Below, in pieces: positions 39,813 to 52,416 of a stretch of 64,000 nucleotides of DNA; the stretch's first letter is position 1, and each line of letters opens with the position of its first letter. Under the pieces are notes generated by a model. That model was not told where the DNA came from, did not search any database, and saw nothing but the letters and a program-made list of their open reading frames with translations. The translations under genes and the position numbers were made by a program. The stretch is from positions 59,460,001-59,524,000 of the forward strand of contig CM059432.1 in NCBI GenBank assembly GCA_030390025.1. Direction: 5' to 3'. This DNA is from Squalus acanthias (lineage: Eukaryota).

Positions 39813-41651
39813 GAACCAAGCCGAAATCAAAAAGTACAGAGGAGAACTGAAAAAGCAAATAAGATGGGGCAAAGAGAGTGTATGAAAATAGATTAGTGGG
39901 TAACATAAAAGGGAACCCAAAAGTCTTTTACAAACATATAAATAGTAAAAATGTAGTCAAAGGAAGGATGGGGCCAATTAGAGACCAAAAAGGAGATCTT
40001 CTTGTGAAGTCAGAGAGCATGGCTGAAGTAGTAATTGAGTACTTTGCACCTGCCTTCACTAAAGAAGAGGATGCTGCCAATGTTTCAGTAAAGGAGGAGG
40101 TAGTAGAGAAATTGGATAGGATAAAAATAGGTAAAGGGGAGGTACTTAAAAGGTTGGCAGTGTTCAAAGTAGAAAAATCACTTGGTCCGGATGAGATGTA
40201 TCCTAGTTAACTGAGGGAAGTAAAGGTGGAAATTGAGGAAGCTCTGGCCATAATCTTCCAATCCTCCTTAGATATGAGAATGGTGCTAGACGATTACAAA
40301 TGCTACAGCCGGTTCAAAAAAGGGAACAGTGATAAACCTGGCAACTGCAGGCCAGTCAGCCTAACGAATATGTGGAGAAACATTTAGAGACAATAATCCG
40401 GGACAAAAGTAATTGGCACTTGGAAAAATATGGGTTAATAAATGAAAGCCAGCATGGATTTGTTAAAGGCAAATTGTGATTAACTAACTTAATTGACTTC
40501 TTTGATGAAGTAACGGAGAGTAACAGGGGCCGGTGTTGGGATCACTTCAATATGTAAACTGTCAGGTAAATGACCTAAAACGTATGAGCGGATTTAAAAC
40601 CCGAGAGAAATAGCCGGAGAGAATTATTTTGATATACATTAATGACCTGAACTTGGGTATACAGGGCATAATTTCAAAGTTCGCAGATGGCACAAAACTG
40701 GGAAATATAGTAAACAGTGAGGGGGATAGTAACAGACTTCAGGAGAAATGGGCAAACACATGGCAGATGAAATTCAACGCAGAACTGTGAATTGATTCAT
40801 TTTGGTAAGAAGAATGAGGAGAGGCAATATAAACTAAATGGTACCATTTTAAAGGGGTGCAAGAATAGAGAGACCTGTGGGTATACGTACACACGTCTTG
40901 GAAGATGGCAGAACAAATTGAGAAGGCTTTTAAAAAAGCATACAGGATCCTTGGCTATATAAATGGAGGCAGAGTACAAAAGCAAGGAAGTTAGGCTAAA
41001 CCTTGATCAAATACTGGTTAGGCCCCAGCTGGAGTATTGGCCAATTCTGCACACCACACTTTAGGAAGGATGCCAAGGCCAGAGAGGGTGCAGAGATTTA
41101 CTAGAATGATACCAGGGATGAAAGACTTCAGTTACATGGAGAGACTAGAGAAGCTGGGGTTGTTCTCTTTAGAGCAGAGAAGGTTAAGGGGAGATTTGAT
41201 AGAGGTATTCAAAATCATGAAGGGTTTTGATAGAGTAAATAAGGAGAAACTGTTTCCACTGGCAGAAGGATCAGTAACCAGAGGACACAGATTTAAGTAT
41301 TTGGCAAAAGAACCAGAGGCGACATGAGGAAAACATTGTTTACACAGCAAGTTGTTATGGTCTGCACTGCCTGAAAGGGTGGTGGAAGCAGATTCAATAA
41401 TAAATTTCAAAAGGGAATTGGATAAATACATGAAGGGGGAAAACTTGCAGGGCTATGGGGAAAGAGCAGGGGAGTGGGATTAATTGGATAGCTCTTTCAA
41501 AGAGCCAGCACAGGCACGATAGGCTGAATGGCCTCCTTCTGTACTGTATCATTCTATGATTTAGTACTATACACTACACTGATTCAATGAAACATAAAAA
41601 AACACTTAATCCCTCTTCATAAAAATACCAATAAAATACTGTTTCACACAC

Positions 41652-41884
41652 TTGACGTTATTGATATCAGTATAGCACTGTCCATCAAAGCTAGGATTTT
41701 CCTTCTTTTTTCCAGCTTTCTCATTATTCTCTTTCTCTTCTAAATTGTTCTGCGATTCTTCTTTCTCCTTGGTTCGTTTGAGGGCATAAGCCTGCTGTTG
41801 CTGTAGTATTCGTTGTTGTACTATTGGATAATCCTGCAGTGCTTGGATCTGTTCAGAACGAGTGATTTCTTTTCCATCTAACCA
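41652..41884 (-). CDS. DNAAF11: DNAAF11/LRRC6 coding exon (exon 5 equivalent), coiled coil
   Basis: ctgcag|TGG TTA GAT... encodes [19 protein letters not shown]...[12 protein letters not shown]. The donor AA|gtgtgt gives the phase 2 needed by the next exon, but is less certain than the acceptor. Confidence 0.9.
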
Positions 41885-42369
41885 CTGCAGACCAAGAAGT
41901 AACAAGAGTAGAGTGGTTATAAACCACAACTTGAGTTAAGATTAATGTTTCTGTAAATGCGTAAGATCTAGCAGCAGAATCAAATTGTTTCAGATGAAAA
42001 TGCTATACTGTATTATCTGCATTTGGTAAAGTCTCTCTCTTTGTTTGACATTTAACCTGCACATACAATAGGACAGTTGCCATTAGCTACATGGGGGGGA
42101 TCACTTTGAACACTAATTCTTTCACAAAATTGTGCCCTGAACAGTTGTGTGATATCTGCTGTATACCAAGCCCTACGCTAGGATGCACCTTCAGTTCTTT
42201 ATCCAGAGCAAGCAGATTGAACCTTGGACTGAGCAGAGCACTTATATAATTTAAAAAAAGGCAAGCCACACAAGTCAAATAGATGAATGAGGAGTGGGCT
42301 AGGACAGAGCTTTATATATAGACTGAGACCATAGCAAAGAGAATTCGATATTCTTCTGCATTCCTTCAC

Positions 42370-42520
42370 AAACAATGGGGCTGCCACGTCATGACTACAA
42401 TACTTGGCAAAGATACATGTTGCTGCTTTGCAGATGGCACCAAAATTAACCCTGTACATGCTGATTCAAGAATTGACCATCACATAGGTAGAGTGAAATC
42501 AACTTTTGCTGCCTTATGTG
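42370..42520 (-). pseudogene. Relic of DIRS1-like tyrosine recombinase C-terminus
   Basis: Minus-strand FHSTYVMVNS*ISMYRVNFGAICKAATCIFAKYCSHDVAAP resembles the DIRS pattern HSTR..ATSWA...DICKAATW...TFAKHYRLDV. Confidence 0.55.
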
Positions 42521-43320
42521 AGCACCAGTGAGGGCCTTAGATTCTCTGATCACTCTGTCAGAGCTAGTGTAGGTTGGTGTCAGCCCCATCCTTTCCGCTA
42601 AGCTAGGAAGAATTCTCATGCTTGGGGAAGTTATGCACAATGGAAGACAGTGTTAAATTGGCACTTGATCCAAATTTTAAAGCTAAGACCTGGGGTAGAC
42701 TAACAGATATTTGAGAGGAGAGGGGGCAGATGACAATTTGGGTCAATCTGATCCAAGTAGGCCTCTGAGTTCATAGTTCAAGACGGCATCAGCGAAAACA
42801 GCACAAGAACTGTTATGACTTAAATACATCAACTAAGTCAGATTTCAACCATATTATCCCTTTGTGAGCCCAGAAGGCGGCAGAGATTTATAACAAAAAT
42901 AATTAATATTTAAGAATATTTCTGCAGCGGGAGGCCAACTACTGTATGAGATAGTGGGGAAAGAATTGAGCCCCTAATCTGATGTTGACCCTTTTATATA
43001 CCAGCAAAAATTACTTAACCACCCAAGCAAAATTGTCCATAAGTGATTTCTCTATAAGTAATGGCCAACACCCTATTGTACGTGAAATCTGCAGGGCTAT
43101 AGAGAAAGAGCAGTGGAGTGGGCCTAATTAGATAGCTCTTTCAAAGAGCCGGCACAGAAATGATGGGCTGAATGGCATCCTTCTGTGCTGTATGATTCTA
43201 TGCTTACACCATTTTAACTGTACTTAGTTATATAATGTTGACAAACAAAAAAACCCAATAAACTATAGATTATCTAACACAAATCTGTTAAAGCGTTTAA
43301 ATAGAATAATTCAATCTCAT

Positions 43321-44235
43321 AAAATAAAAACAGAAAATGCTGGAAATACTCAGCAGGTCAGGCAGCATCTGTGGAGAGAGAAACAGCGTTAACGTTTCAG
43401 GTCGATGACCCTTCGTCAGAACTGGAAAAAGCTAAAGATGGAACAGGTTTTTAAGCAAGTGCAGGGGCAGGGAAAGGGGGGAGGGGAGGAAAGAACAAAA
43501 GGGAAGGTCTGTGATAGGGTGGAAGGCAGGAGAGAATATGAGACAAAAGGGATGATGGTGAAAGGCAAAAGGAGATGATAATGGGACAAGTTAAGAAACA
43601 AAAGATGGCTCTAGATGAAGTGTAAATGGCAATGGCAGAATGATCGACAGCTGCCATGTGAGAGAAAGAAAAAAAACGGGAAAAAAAGATAGGGGCAGAG
43701 GTTATGGTCTGAAATTGTTGAACTCTATGTTGAGTCCAGAAGGCTGTAAAGTGCCTAATCGAAAGATGAGGTGCTGTTCCTCAAGCTTACGTTGAGCTTC
43801 ATTGGAACAGTGTAAGAGGCTGAGGACGGAGACGTCAGAGTGGGAGTGGAGGGGAGAATTAAAGTGACAGGCGACCGGAAGCTCGGGGTCACCCTTACGG
43901 ACTGAACGGAGGTGTTCTGCAAAGCGGTCACCCAATCTGCGTTTGGTCTTCCCATTGTAGAGGAGACCGCATCATGAGCAGCGAATACAGTATACTAAAT
44001 TGCAAGAAGTACAAGTAAATCGCTGTTTCACCTGGAAGGAGTGTTTGGGGCCCTGGACAGTGGGAAGGGAGGAGGTAAAAGGACATGTGTTGCATCTCCT
44101 GCGCTTGCATGGGAAGGTGCCGGGTGAAGGGGAAGGGGTGTTGGGGGTGATAGAGGAGTGGACCAGGGTGTCGCGGAGGTAGCGGTCCCTTCGAAATGCT
44201 GAAAGGGGAGGTGTTTGGTGGTGGAATTCAATCTC
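43321..44235 (-). mobile_element. Penelope-like element, 3' part (GIY-YIG endonuclease and pseudo-LTR)
   Basis: GDRFAEHLRSVRK, PVACHFNS, RKLEEQHLIFRLGTLQPSGLNIEFNNF; upstream frameshifted Cys-rich region; pLTR at 43321-43430. Confidence 0.92.
43384..43425 (-). ncRNA. Putative minimal type I hammerhead ribozyme in the Penelope pLTR
   Basis: Minus strand CCAGUU-CUGACGA-A-GGGUC(AUC)GACCU-GAAA-CG-UU-AACGCUG: intact CUGANGA and GAAA core, stem II, palindromic AACGUU in place of stem III, GUU/AAC stem I. Confidence 0.6.
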
Positions 44236-44497
44236 ATAGTTCTGTGGACATCCACAACCCTCTCAAGTTTCACATTCAGTTAAACTGCTTGAATGAAACA
44301 CAATTTTACAACTCATTAACCAACTATTACCAAATATTTGTACTTTTAAAACCTCACACTTCCAGCCACATCCATCCCTGATGCACATTCAACAATCTTG
44401 ATCGTTTGCATAGACCATGAATGTCAATCAAAAAATGTTAATATACACAGAAATTTAAAACACCAGCATGTGGAAAGAAAGGCAATGTACTCCTAAC

Positions 44498-44670
44498 CTT
44501 CAGCTGTGGGAGTGTAGCAATCACAAACTTCCTGTAACCATCAAAATCACAGCAGGGGTTTCCAACCAGGAAAAGCTCTTGCAGGTGAATGTTAAGTTTG
44601 AGTGACTCTACACTGGTCAGTTCGCCCACGAAGTTAACTGTTAGATCAAGTTTCTTCAAAAACTCACACC
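44498..44670 (-). CDS. DNAAF11: DNAAF11/LRRC6 coding exon (exon 4 equivalent), LRR and LRR-cap
   Basis: ttgacag|GG TGT...CTG AAG|gttagg, 173 bp. Encodes [57 protein letters not shown]; phase continues from the previous exon. Confidence 0.95.
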
Positions 44671-44873
44671 CTGTCAAGGAAGGAAGGGGAACTAATATCA
44701 CATTTGGAGAAATGAGACACTAATTCCAGAGGTTTTCATTTTTTAAATTGAGGCTTGCGGTAAAAATATTAAACTGAATAACTATACTAAAAGTCAAATT
44801 CACTATTGTTATAATAAGCCATCCAAGTTATTCAGCAAAATCATAAATCAATTTAATCTGCATTTGTAGAAAG

Positions 44874-45862
44874 ACATTTACAATCTATATTAATGACCTG
44901 GATGAAGGGACCAAGTGTAATGTAGCCAAATTTGCTGATGATACAAAGGTAGGTGGGAAAGCAAATTGTGTGGAGGACGCAAAGAATCTCCAAAGGGATA
45001 TAGATAGGCTAAATGAGTGGGCAAAAATCTGGCAGATGGAGTTTAATGTGAGAAAGTGTGAGGTTATCCACTTTGGTAGGAAAAATAAAAAAGCAAATTA
45101 TTTAAATGGGGAGAGATTACAAAATGCTGAGGTACAGAGGGATCTGGGGGTCCTTGTACATGAATCACAAAAAGTTAGCATGCAGGTACAGCAAGTAATT
45201 AGGAAGGCAAATGGAATGTTGGCCTTTATTGCAAAGGGAATGGAGTATAAAAGTAGGGAAGTCCTGGTACAGCTGCACAGGGCGTTGGTGAGACCATACC
45301 TGGAGTACTGCGTACAGTTTTGGTCTCCTTATTTAAGGAAGGATATACTTGCATTGGAGGCAGTTCAGAGAAGGTTCACGAGGTTGATTCCGGAGATGAA
45401 GGGGTTGTCTTACCGAAGAAAGGTTGAGCAGGTTGGGCCTATACTCATTGGAGTTTAGAAGAATGAGAGGGGATCTTATTGAAACATTTAAGATTCTGAA
45501 GGGGCTTGACAGGGTAGGTGCAGAGAGGATGTTTCCCCTCGTGGGGGAATCTAGAACTAGGGGGCATAATTTCAGAATAAGGGGCACCCTTTTAAATCAG
45601 AAATGAGGAGGAATTTCTTCTCTCAGAGGGTCGTGAATCTTTGGAATTCTCTTCCCCAGAGAGCTGTGGAGGCTGTGTCATTGAATATATTTAAGATGGA
45701 GATAGACAGATTTTTGAAAGGTAAGGGAGTCAAGGGTTATGGGGAGCGGGCAGGGAAGTGGAGTTGAGGCCAAGATCAGATCAGCCATGATCTTATTGAA
45801 TGGTGGAGCAGACTCGAGGGGCCAAATGACCTACTCCTGCTCCTACGTCTTATGTTCTTATG
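44874..45862 (+). mobile_element. 5'-truncated CR1 (very similar to 34644-35620)
   Basis: KFADDTK, WQMEFNV and LEYCVQFWSP peptides; tail ttatgttcttatg. Confidence 0.93.
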
Positions 45863-46349
45863 TAAGGTTTAATTATTCTGTTTCATTCCTACGGCCTCTG
45901 AAGATCCAGTGATGCCAATGCTGAAACTATAAAAATACTGAGATGTATCCTTACTAAGAGAAAACAGGGTGGGTGGTGGGAGCGGTGGGTGGGGGGGGGG
46001 GGGCATGCAATAGTCAGAAGTGTCCATATGAGGTTGAAACTTCCCTGATGACATAGGTTCTACGGAAATGAGGCTCTCTAGTAATGCCGTCTAAAGCAAA
46101 ACATCCAAAATTTCTATTTTTGGTTATTGAAAGGGATGCAGAACTGTACAAGATTACAAGAGGCCTGGTTAAATTGCTTGGGAAAGCTTGCTCAGCAAAG
46201 AGATAATTAGGAGCAGTAAAGATCTAAGATTGTGAAAGTTCAGGAGATTGGAGAAAGATGCTCCGACTAGCAAAAAAAAATGATTGAGTAGACAAGAGAA
46301 CTACAGCTAGGAAAAAAATTGATTTGTAGTTTGTTGAATTTTAGCTCCG

Positions 46350-49300
46350 TGTAACAGTTTCCTCGAACAATATGTCATGGAACCAAACAGGGAACAGGCT
46401 ATTTTAGATCTTGTATTGTGTAATGAGACGGGGTTAATTAGCAATCTCATAGTAAAGGATCCTCTGGGCAGAGTGATCATAATATGATAGGATTTCACAT
46501 TAATTTTGAGAGTGACTTGCCTAAGCCTGAAACTAGGTCTGAAACTTAAATAAAGCCAATTATATAGGTATGGGGTGAATTGGCTGAGGTAGAGTGGAAA
46601 AATAGATTAAAAGGTGTGGCTAGCATTTAAAGAAATATTTCATAATTCTCAACAAAAATACATTCCATTGAGAAACAAAAACTCCATGGGAAAAGTGATC
46701 CACCCATGGCTAACTAAAGAAGTTAAGGATAGCATTAGATTGAAAGAAGAAGCTTATAATGTTGCAAAGAATAATAGTAAGCCTGAGGATTGGGAGAGTT
46801 TCAGAAACCAGCAAAGGTTGACCAAAAAAATTGATAAAAAGGGAAAAAATAGAATACGAGAGAAAACTAGCAAGAAAGATAAAAGCAGATTGTAAGAGCT
46901 TCTACAATTATGTAAAAAGGAAGAGAGTAGCAAAAGTAAACGCTGGTCCCTTAGAGGCTGAGACAGGAGAAATTATTATGGGGAATAAGGAAATGGCAGA
47001 AACGTTAAACAAATATTTTGTATCTGTCTTCACAGTAGAAGACACAAAAAGCATACCAAAAATGGTGGGGAACCAAAAGTCTAATGAGGGTGAGGAACTT
47101 AATGTAATTAATATAAGTAGAGAAAAAGTACTAGAGAAACTAATGGGACTAAAAGCCGACAAATCCCTTGGCTCTGACGGCCTACATCCTAGGGTTCTAA
47201 AAGAGGTGGCTGAAGAGATAGTGGATGCATTGGTTTTGATCTTCCAAAATTCCCTAGATTCGAAAATGGTCCCAGCAGATTGGAAGGTTGCAAATGTAAC
47301 ACTGCTATTCAAGAAAGGAGGGAGAGAAAAAACAGGGAACTACAGGCCAGTTAGCCTGACATCAGTCGACAGGAAAATGCTGGAATCCATTGTTAAGGAA
47401 GTGGTATCAGGGCACTCAGAAAATCATAACATGATTAGGCAGAGTCAACATGGTTTTATGAAAGGGAAATCGTGTTTGACAAATTATTAGAGTTTTTTGA
47501 GGATGTAACTAGCAGGGTAGATAATGGGGAATCAGTGGATGTAGTATATTTGGATTTCCAAAAGGCATTCGATAAGGTGCCACATAAAAGGTTATTACAC
47601 AAGATTAGGGCTCATGGGGTTGGGGGTAATATAGTAGCATGGATAGAGGATTGGTTAACGGATCAGAAAACAGAGAGTAGGGATAAACGGATCTTTTTCA
47701 GGTTGGCAGGCTGTAACTAGTGGGGTGCCGTAAGGATCAGTGTTGGGGCCTCAGCTATTTACAATCTGTATTAATGACCTAGATGAAGGGACCGAGTGTA
47801 ATGTATCCAAGTTTGCTGATGATACAAAGTTAGGTGGGACAGTAAGCTGTGCGGAGAACATAAAGGGCTGGATTTTACTTACTGAGACGAGTTGGGGGCG
47901 GGATGGCTGCCTTCTGGGTTCTAGACCTGCACCCAGTGACGTCTGACGAACAGCTGCTATTTTGCCCTGATTGGCCTTGTTATGCTCGCCCTGCGGGCTT
48001 GCCGGCCAATTAAGGGAAAGCCAGTGTCAGATGAAGTCAGTTGATGACACTTCATCTGCAGGTTTTCTTAAAGGCATACACTTGTTTGACAGATGATTTG
48101 ACAGTTTTTGACAGCATTGAGGTGCTGTCAAACACTGACAATCACTGTCCAAAGGTGAGCCCTTGCACCCAGACTCTTTAATTACTCTCTCCTTAGGATA
48201 AGATTGCAGAAGCCATCTGTCACTTCTCCCAATGAGATGAGGCTACACAAACACGTCACAGCTTGTCACCTGCAGAAACATCTAATCATAATAAAAATTA
48301 CTTTCATAACATTTCCTTACCTCCAATACTAACCATTGTCACTTTGCATCCTTCACACCACTTCTGCAGCTGTCATCCAAACACCAACATAACAACAGGA
48401 TGCCTCACTTACCCTGGCGGGGTTCCCCGACGTTGGGAAGCCCGCACCAGCAGTGGAAAAATTGGGAAAAGCCTCTTAACTGCCTGTTAACTGGCAGTTA
48501 AGTGGCTACAATCCTCTTCCTGCCGCTAGGAGTCAGGTCCCTGCGCAAATCGGGGACCTGACTCCCGGGAGGATTGTATGGAAGCGGGTTCGGGACCCGC
48601 TCCCATTCTTTTTGACTTTCCCAGCAGTCCTGCCTCCAAACCCGCCTCCTCAGGGCTGGTAAAATCCAGCCCAAAGAGTCTGCAAAGGGATATAGATAGA
48701 CTAAGTGAGTGGACAGTAAGGTGGCAGATGGAGTATAATGTAGGGAAATGTGAGGTTATTCACTTTGGTAGGAAGAATAGAAAAACAGAATATTTTTTAA
48801 ATGGTGAGAAACTTTCAAATGTTGGTGTTCAGAGAGATTTGGGTGTCCTCATGCAAGAAACACATGCAGGTACAGCAAGCAATAAGGAAGGCAAATGGCA
48901 TGTTGGCCTTTATTGCAAGGGGGTTGGAGTATAAGAGTAAGGAAGTCTTGCTACAATTGTACAGGGCTTTGGTGAGACCACACCTGGAGTACTGTGCGCA
49001 GTTTTAGTCTCCTTATCTAAGGAAGGATATACTTGCCTTGGAGGCGGTGCAATGAAGGTTCACTAGATTGATTCCTGGGATGAGAGGGCTGTCCTATGAT
49101 GAGAGATTGTGTAGAATGGGCCTATACTCTCTGGAGTTTAGAAGAATGAGAGGTGATCTCATTGAAACATACAAGATTCTGAAGGGGATTGACAGGGTAG
49201 ATGCTGAGAGGTTGTTTTCCCTGGCTGGAGTGTCTAGAACTCGGGGCATAGTCTCAGGATAAGGGGTAGGCCATTTAAGACCGAGATGAGGAGGAATTTT

Positions 49301-49532
49301 TTCACTCAGAGGGTTGTAAATCTTTGGAATTCTCTGCCCCAGTAGGCTGTGAATGCTGAGTCTTTGAGTATATTCAAGGCTGAGATAGATAGATTGATTT
49401 TTGGAATCAAGGGATATGGAGATCGGGTGGGAAAGTGGAGTTGAGGTCGATGATCAGCCATGATCTTATTGAATGGCGGAGCAGGCTCGAGGGGCCGTAT
49501 GGCCTACTCCTGCTCTTATTTCTTATGTTCTT
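46350..49532 (+). mobile_element. CR1 ORF2 (5'-truncated) containing MITE 47865-48672
   Basis: [30 protein letters not shown] and KFADDTKL peptides; tail ttcttatgttctta. Confidence 0.95.
47865..48672. mobile_element. Harbinger-type MITE in CR1 RT
   Basis: TIRs gggctggatttt and aaaatccagccc; TSD AAA. Confidence 0.9.
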
Positions 49533-49696
49533 AAATACTATGTAACACAGTCAGACAACTCTAATTCGAAAAGCATCAGTCTAATTAACAATTGTCTTAC
49601 AGAGAAGATAAAAGCAAAGGCTTCCCAAGTTCTCATGTTCCCTTTAGGAAAAAAAAGGATGCAAAGCTACAGAGTTGGGTGGAAATTGCACACTTT

Positions 49697-50959
49697 GGCC
49701 CCGATATTTCCGGGGAGGCAGGGAGCGGGGGCGACTGTCAGCGATCGGAAAACATTAAAATATGGGAAAGGCAGCAGGCCTGCCGAATTTAACGGCAGGA
49801 CCTCATTTGAATTTCCTTTCTCTGATTGCCGCCTGGCAACTGGCCAGATCGAGAGGCTGGTAGCTGACGGGCGGAAAGGCCTGATGTAAAAGTCCGCAGC
49901 TGGGGACGGGAGAGAAAGAAGGGTGAGATTGCGGGGGTGGGGTGGAAGAGATCGCCTGGGGTGGGGTGGGGGTCGGCCGATCGCAGGAAGGGAAGCAGAT
50001 CATGGCAGGTTTCCTTTGGGTGCCGGGGTGGGGGGGGGAAGCAATTCTGCTCCTCCTGGCCTACAAGCAGAGCTGTAAAAGCACAAAAGAAATAGGAGCA
50101 GGTGTAGGCCATTTGGCCCTTCGAGCCTGCTCCCCCATTCAATAAGATCATGGCTGATCTTCTACCTCATCTCCACTTTCCTTCACTATCCCCATATCCC
50201 TTGATACCCTTAATATTCAAAATCTATCAATCTATGTCTTGAATATACTTAAAGACTGAGCCGCCACAGCCCTCTGGGGTAGAGAATTCCAAAGATTCAC
50301 CACCCTGAGTGAAGAAATTTCTCCTCATCTCAGTCCTAAATGGCCGACCCCTTAATCTGAGACTGTGACCCCTCGTTCTAGACTCCCCAGCCAGGGGAAT
50401 CATCCTCCCTGCATCTACCCTGTCAAGCCCTGTAAGAATTTTGTATGTTTCAATGAAATCACCTCTCATTCTTCTAAACGCTAGAGAATATAGGCCTAGT
50501 CTACTCAATCTGTCCTCATAGGACAATCCCCCCATCGTTGCACTCCCTCTATGGCAAGTATATCCTTCCTTAGGTAAGGAGACCAAAACTGTACACAATA
50601 CTCCAGCTGTGGTCTCAGCAGGGCCCGATTTAATTGCAGTAAGACGTCTTTACTCTTATACTCAAAACCTCTTGTAACTGCTGGATATGGCAGTTCTTGC
50701 CTCCCTTTAGCTGCCGGGTTTCCCAAGGCCTGGGAAATCCAGCTCGCAGCAGTTAAATCCAAATGGCTGCTAAACTCTGAGGCATACAGCCTCATTAACA
50801 TATTCTAATTACTGACCTGCCTTTCCAGTGTAGGTCACTCGCCTGCGCCTGTTAAACCGTGAGCAGACACGATCGCGGCGGTTTGGGCTCGGTTTCTCAT
50901 TTTTATGAATTTAACCTCCACCCTCCCCTCGCCCATCCTGGAGGGTTCAAATTCCGCCC
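49697..50959. mobile_element. GC-rich MITE-like sequence split by a CR1 3' fragment (50080-50675, minus)
   Basis: Left ggccccgatattt and right aaattccgccc are imperfect TIR-like ends; the inner segment encodes EYKSKDVLLQL and RRMRGDFIETYK on the minus strand. Confidence 0.6.
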
Positions 50960-52242
50960 TCTAAATCGCTTAAAAGCATTTCTTGTATTTGTGTGGGATA
51001 TCAAATTACAAAACTCAGAGGAACACCTAGGAAACTGAGAGACTCCAAGTTCAGCTCAAAATCCTGGAGTCTCATGTTAAATAGGGCAGTTTAGTATCTC
51101 TGCATTCCCTTCAAGATACACAAAGGTACTGGATGCATGTTTTCCCAGGGTAGGGGATGTGCTACTGCCTAAAGACAGTGGGCGCAAAATTTGCCTGTTT
51201 TTTGGTCCAAAATGGTGTCCGCAGTGCGCACGCACACTTCTGGTGTGAATCGCGGTGGGACGCCATATTGGTGAGGGCATTAGCGTGTGCAGTGAGCGTC
51301 CACCGGAAATATGGGAAGAGAGGGGAGCGGGACTAATTGGGTAGCTCTTTTAAAGAGCCAGCACAGGCATGATGGGCCGAATGGCCTCCTCTGTGCTGTA
51401 TAATTCTATGAACTACCTACTACCCCAACAGAATATCTACCCCACTCTCAACCAGCTCTTTCTCATTCTTGTGCCACCACCCCCCCCCCCCCCACAACCC
51501 CGCCAAGCATCTGTCTATACCTTTTATTTCGCAGGCCACAATTTTTCTGAAATAATGTTAAAAGTCTATTGGGACCGACATCCAATTATACATGCATGTA
51601 CAATTGTTGGTTTGATCAGTACTTCTCATAGGTTTTCCAGCCAGTTGCTACTATTGCAAAATTTTTTGGACAGGCCTCAAAAATAATTCTCATAGCCTCT
51701 TGCATCCCTTTAGATTTGGATACTGGTACTCATAAGTCTGCAAAAAAATCTATCTTTCCTCCCTCACTCGTTTCTCTTTCACTCTTTCCTTTCAATTCTA
51801 TTTCTCTCTCTGTATTTGACTTACCCCCACCCTCCCCACTCCTTTTATTATTTTCTCTTACTTTTTTCATTTTTCTCTTACTTTTTTCAGTTTTCTTTTT
51901 ACCTCCTCTTCTATTTCTATCTCTCTGCTGTTTATCTTTGCAACATTTATTTCCTCGATTTCTTGCATTGTTCATGCTGACACTAGGGCGACTATAGGGA
52001 TGAGAATTGGTGGATGTCTGAAAATGTCCAAAGAATGGAAGGAAAAGAGCCAGGTCTGGTGTGCACCGGAGCAAGTGGGAGGGAATGGAATTCAGGACCA
52101 CAACGTTCAGGTGGGAATGGGTCAGGTCCCTGATTTGGCACAGATCGGAAGGGAAAATTAAAATTTTTTTTTTTTTTTTTAGATTTTCAGTATACAATTC
52201 ATTCAATGATAAGTACATGAATGTAGTTTAAGATCAACTTAC

Positions 52243-52320
52243 TGTCTAAATTTTCTATGCACTCAATGTTGTTCAAAGCTAGGTTAAGGTATTCCAGTTT
52301 TTTCAGTCTGCCAACATTTT
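52243..52320 (-). CDS. DNAAF11: DNAAF11/LRRC6 coding exon (human exon 3 equivalent), LRR region
   Basis: Minus strand ttttacag|AA AAT GTT...GAC A|gtaagt, 78 bp. Encodes (E)[25 protein letters not shown], matching LRRC6 [26 protein letters not shown]. Confidence 0.95.
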
Positions 52321-52416
52321 CTGTAAAACAAATAAAATAAAGACAGTGAACTCAGCCAATAATCAAACTTCAACCTGAAAGATACTTCAAAAGGCTAATA
52401 GAATGTTAGCCTTTAT

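Larger units (their letters stand above)
38605..41560 (+). mobile_element. Decayed CR1 ORF2 (subfamily of 12470-16866) with nested MITEs
   Basis: KILNWRRANF, KSLGPDEMYP and RRLRGDLIEVFKIM peptides; tail cattctatgatt. Confidence 0.9.

Noticed and set aside
51716..52218. Lys/Glu-rich 162-aa ORF and hydrophobic antisense ORF
   Set aside because: Products of low-complexity pyrimidine-rich sequence; no domain evidence.
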